A stretch of DNA of 63,855 bases, the filler included, from Olpidium bornovanus S191 (lineage: Eukaryota; Fungi; Olpidiomycota): assembly GCA_017911155.1 (NCBI GenBank). It is 33 parts of 33 records of this genome, joined end to end, with 100 filler letters (N's around TTAATTAATTAA, not from the genome) between each part and the next. Parts side by side here need not be neighbours in the genome. Positions count along the whole stretch, not along the records: positions 59,265 to 61,650 come from JAEFCI010007117.1; positions 61,751 to 62,751 come from JAEFCI010010984.1; positions 62,852 to 63,855 come from JAEFCI010004143.1; 30 more parts are not named here. One strand, given 5' to 3'. Below are positions 60,364-63,855 of this stretch, piece after piece (position 1 is the first letter of the stretch; every line of letters starts with the position of its first letter). Made by a program: the position numbers and the translations under genes. The notes below the pieces were generated by a model that worked only from the letters and a program-made list of their open reading frames with translations, had not been told where the DNA came from and made no database searches.

Positions 60364-61425
60364 TCATCGGGAACCCCATTTGAGGTTCACGACTATGGTG
60401 GTCGTGTTGTCCGACCCGGGGTTGCCGTTGACTGCCGATGTGACCAGGTGCTCAGCGATGGCCTGGACATTGAAGCCTTTCTGAAAAGCGTCCTGTTTAG
60501 AACGAATCGGGCCGCGTTCAGGTGCCCATCCCACGTGAAACCCCGGCTTCCTAAAACGTCGGTTCTCAGAGGCGAAAGACAAAACGGCTGCTGCCTACCT
60601 GCACCGCTTTGCAGACTGAATCCTCCGTGTACACGTTCCACAGGCCTTTTTTTAGATCGCGGGCGGCGAAGAAAAAATTGCGAAAGTTTTTTTTGCCGTG
60701 AGCGAGCTCGAAAAAAGCCGACAACAAGGCAGGCTTTCACGAAAGCTCCGCGTGGTTTCGCTGCTGCGAGCCCGAGCCCCGTTTCAAGCCGCGCGCGGGA
60801 CGCCCGCGGGGCGCAATTACCCCCGTACCGTCTGACGCGACGATCATAAATTCATCCTGTCCGGGTAGGAACGTCACCCTGTGCACGTGCGGGACGGCGG
60901 AAAGCCAGTCGGTTTGGGTTTCGGTCTTCATGGCTTTAAAATTGAAGTCTCCGAGTGCTGTGTCGAAGACGTCGAACACGAACCGGTTTACCGGAACGCT
61001 CAAAGTGTGTGTTCAGCGAAGATCTCTGGGCGGAAACTCTAACCTCGGGTCATGTTGACTCTTTGGCAGTCGCGAACAACCCCAGTGCCGCGCACGCGGG
61101 CCCGTGCCGCGGAAAGACTGGTCAAACACCGGCGGTTGTGTCAGTCTCTCGTTAAACCCTGCCACTCCACCGATATAAATGTTCCCGTGCCGGTTTAGAT
61201 TCGCGCAAACGAAAATGCCTTATCGGACAGCCCGTTCGATGCAGCAGCGTTACCGTTTGATTTCCTGAGGATTGTCAATGTGATCCATGGCAGTGACAGC
61301 CGTTGCCTTCATATTTTTTGGATTTTGACCATCCGTCTCTTTCCTCTTCCATGAACCAAGCACCGCAGTGCTGTCTCCGACGTTTGCTACGTAGCAATCA
61401 CGCGAGCCCCAGAGGAGGAGGACGA
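60364..61425 (-). CDS. Protein phosphatase 2C (PPM family), C-terminal exons
   Basis: CYVANVGDSTAVLG, DHIDNPQEIKR, RVNMTR|ALGDFNFK, FMIVASDG and GSDNTTTIVVNL, spread over at least 5 exons. Confidence 0.9.
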
Positions 61426-62078
61426 CTGTGCGCCATCGAGGCCGGGTCGAAAAGGTTGTATGGGAATAATGGCGGAGTGGGGAGCCCCCCCCGTTAGGGC
61501 GAAAACAACCCGAGAAAGGAAAAAGAACACATGCCTAAGGCTAGCCGTAAATAGAAAACTCCACTGCCGAGGGCAAATCATTCTAATTTCAACCGACGGA
61601 CGCAGCTTCCCGGCGGACGTAACGTCCATTTTGGCGATACGAACCCAGCCNNNNNNNNNNNNNNNNNNNNNNNNNNNNNNNNNNNNNNNNNNNNTTAATT
61701 AATTAANNNNNNNNNNNNNNNNNNNNNNNNNNNNNNNNNNNNNNNNNNNNAACCTCCCGAGAGAACAATAAACAAACGGTTCGAAGCCCACCCGCCTTCG
61801 GCTGCCTTGCGACCGCGGCGCCTACGAACGGCGTCGGCGCGCTCCCTGGAACGAGGCGGAGGCAGGAAAGAAAGGAGGAGTAGGGGAGGAGTTGGCAGAA
61901 CCGAGCGCCGTGCCTCTCTTCGAAGGGTCCGTCGAAAGGAGTTGGTCGGCACGGACACCGGAGGGCGCGGTAGGGTGTTTCGGAAGGAAGAGAGGTACGT
62001 CCTGCACACCGTCGTCGCTGCATCCCCCGCAGCAAGGGCCCTAGCCATCCCGCCATCCTGCAACCCCTCGAGGAAGGG

Positions 62079-62470
62079 TTATATTCCCCGACAGCGGTCG
62101 GTCAAGCGTGCAATGACGTTGTTCAAGGATTCGGGGCCTTGGTCCGTTTGGATGCGTTTGGGCACCCATGGTGGCAGATGATGAGCCGGAAGAAGGCATC
62201 CGCTACATCAATGGCAGACTTGCCTGTCAGAGGTGCTGCCTCTGGCCATTTCGTGAACATATCGGTGAAGATGGCAATGTGACGAGCATGGGAGCCGGCA
62301 GCTTCAGGCAGATCTGTTATAAGATCAATCACCACCGTGTCGAAGGGCTCCTCTTCTGTGATTGGGCACAGTGGCCGCAGCCATGGGCGCGGGACACGTT
62401 TGAAGCGTTAGCAGATTTTGCAGCCGCGAATGTAATCTTTGACACCGCGGCTCATGCCCTTCCAGAAGAC
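62079..62470 (-). mobile_element. Degenerate Ty3/Gypsy integrase (Zn-binding end plus rve core)
   Basis: FWKGMSRGVKDYIRGCKIC*RFK...PFDTVVIDLITDLP...FTDMFTKWPEA...HGCP, then a frameshift near 62155 into KRIQTDQGPE. In-frame TAA at 62408-62410. Confidence 0.9.
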
Positions 62471-62851
62471 TGCGGGAATTGTTTTCCGGTTCGGTGTTTT
62501 CTCTTTGTGGTTTTGTTTTAATTACAGGCGTTATGTTTCTCTATGCACTCGCACGGTTTTCTCCGCAACACCCCCTCTCGAATGCGTGGAAGGTTAACTA
62601 TTTAGGGAATGAATATCTGGCGATCAGAAACATGGGGTTCGAAAGAAAAAGCGGAAAAAGGGGAAAAAAAAGAGGTCGCTATTGGTGGCTTCGGATCCTG
62701 ACGCGTCGTCTCCCCGTCAACTCGTCGGTGCCCCTCGCATTTCTCGCCGAANNNNNNNNNNNNNNNNNNNNNNNNNNNNNNNNNNNNNNNNNNNNTTAAT
62801 TAATTAANNNNNNNNNNNNNNNNNNNNNNNNNNNNNNNNNNNNNNNNNNNN

Positions 62852-63220
62852 CCACCACGTCACCCAAAGTGAACCAAATGAGACCCAGAGCATCCCAGGG
62901 CCCCCAAAGAATGCGCTATGGTGTGCAGCAGCGCATGGAAATGTCTAAACGCAACAATGTTCACAACCACAACCTGAGATGGTGCGCAGCAGATGGCGAG
63001 ATCCAAATCCAGAGGGTCGAAACCGCAGAAAACCCGGTGGACATGTTCACAAAGCCGTTGGATAAAGTTAAGTTCACCAAGTTCCGGGGTATGGTCGGGA
63101 TAGGCCCGTGCAACGACTAACCGTCCAAGATTTACAGCAAGAAAGGCAAACATAGACAGGGTAGAGAAAAATTAGGTGACCATGGGATATAGATTTCCTA
63201 GGAGAGGTGGGGTGTTGAAA
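62852..63220 (+). mobile_element. Ty1/Copia pol C-terminus (RNase H) followed by a polypurine tract and the start of the 3' LTR
   Basis: GEIQIQRVETAENPVDMFTKPLDKVKFTKFRGMVG* (stop 63118-63120). The purine tract AGGAGAGGTGGGG (about 63200-63212) abuts TGTTGAAA at 63213. The LTR end was not resolved. Confidence 0.85.
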
Positions 63221-63855
63221 CGAAGGGGGCGGTGCCCGCGTGGCTCCGGCGGAAATCCCCCGTTCACCCCTTTCCTCCTTCCGTAAACTCGCAACGCCTT
63301 TGAGGTACAAATAAGCCTGTATTCCGTAGAGATTATACAACTCGGCGAACAGCTCAAAACAGAAAGCTCCTGCCCGTCTTCCCGCTCCCGTCCTCGTTCG
63401 GCCACTGCCCGTGGAAGCACGAGCTGAGTGAGGAGGGTGGTATACTCCCCTGGGACTTTTTTGCTCTCGCACTGACATGGAACTGCACGCTGCCGCTCTC
63501 GCGACAGCTCTCGCGGCAGCGTGCCTTTCACGAGTACACCGCACAGGGGAGTATCCCACCCTCCCCCCCCCTTTTGTTTTTTTTTCTTATCCGTGTCCTT
63601 TCCGATTCCGGTTGGGGCTGTGTTGTTGTGGTCGTTCGGTTTGCCGCTTTCCGTCGCGCGCGGGGTTTTTTTCTCGTGCGCACGGCGGAGCGGGAAGTTG
63701 GGGGGGGGGGCGGATTTGCGGTGTGGCGCGGGGTGGGGGAAAAGGGGGGGGAGAAAAGGGAGGGAGACACGGCCCAGATTCGGGAATAGGGAAGGGGGGC
63801 CAAAAAATAAAAAAAAACCACGGATACCCCGGCCAACCAGGTGCTGATCGCCGTC

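Overview
This is not one contiguous locus. It is 33 short contigs (about 1.0-4.7 kb) joined by 32 identical 100-nt spacers (44 N + TTAATTAATTAA + 44 N), so gene order is only meaningful within a contig. The DNA is GC-rich, intron-containing fungal sequence with long homopolymer tracts. Fungal housekeeping genes (ADE6, ACC1, IDP1, pyruvate kinase, VPS10, OSH1-type ORP, Yap1-type bZIP, MMS22, SEC39, SPT6, APS2, uL15m, PP2C, USP) occur together with flagellar genes (IFT81, CFAP58, CFAP57). The source is therefore inferred to be a zoosporic (flagellated) early-diverging fungus, possibly Olpidium-like; this is unverified. Two degenerate LTR-retrotransposon fragments (Ty3/Gypsy integrase, Ty1/Copia RNase H with a PPT/LTR junction) close the window. 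The most unusual locus is on contig 32846-37535. An AT-rich array of about five ~183-bp tandem units runs, apart from a 1-nt shift in an A5 run, directly into motifs IX and X of a bacterial-type C5 DNA methyltransferase. The repeats therefore sit where target-recognition domains sit in this enzyme family. The array shows a clear CpG-deamination signature. About 0.8 kb away, convergently transcribed, is a trypsin-fold protease-like gene whose catalytic Ser is replaced by Ala. All family assignments come from recalled motifs read by eye; no database search was run.
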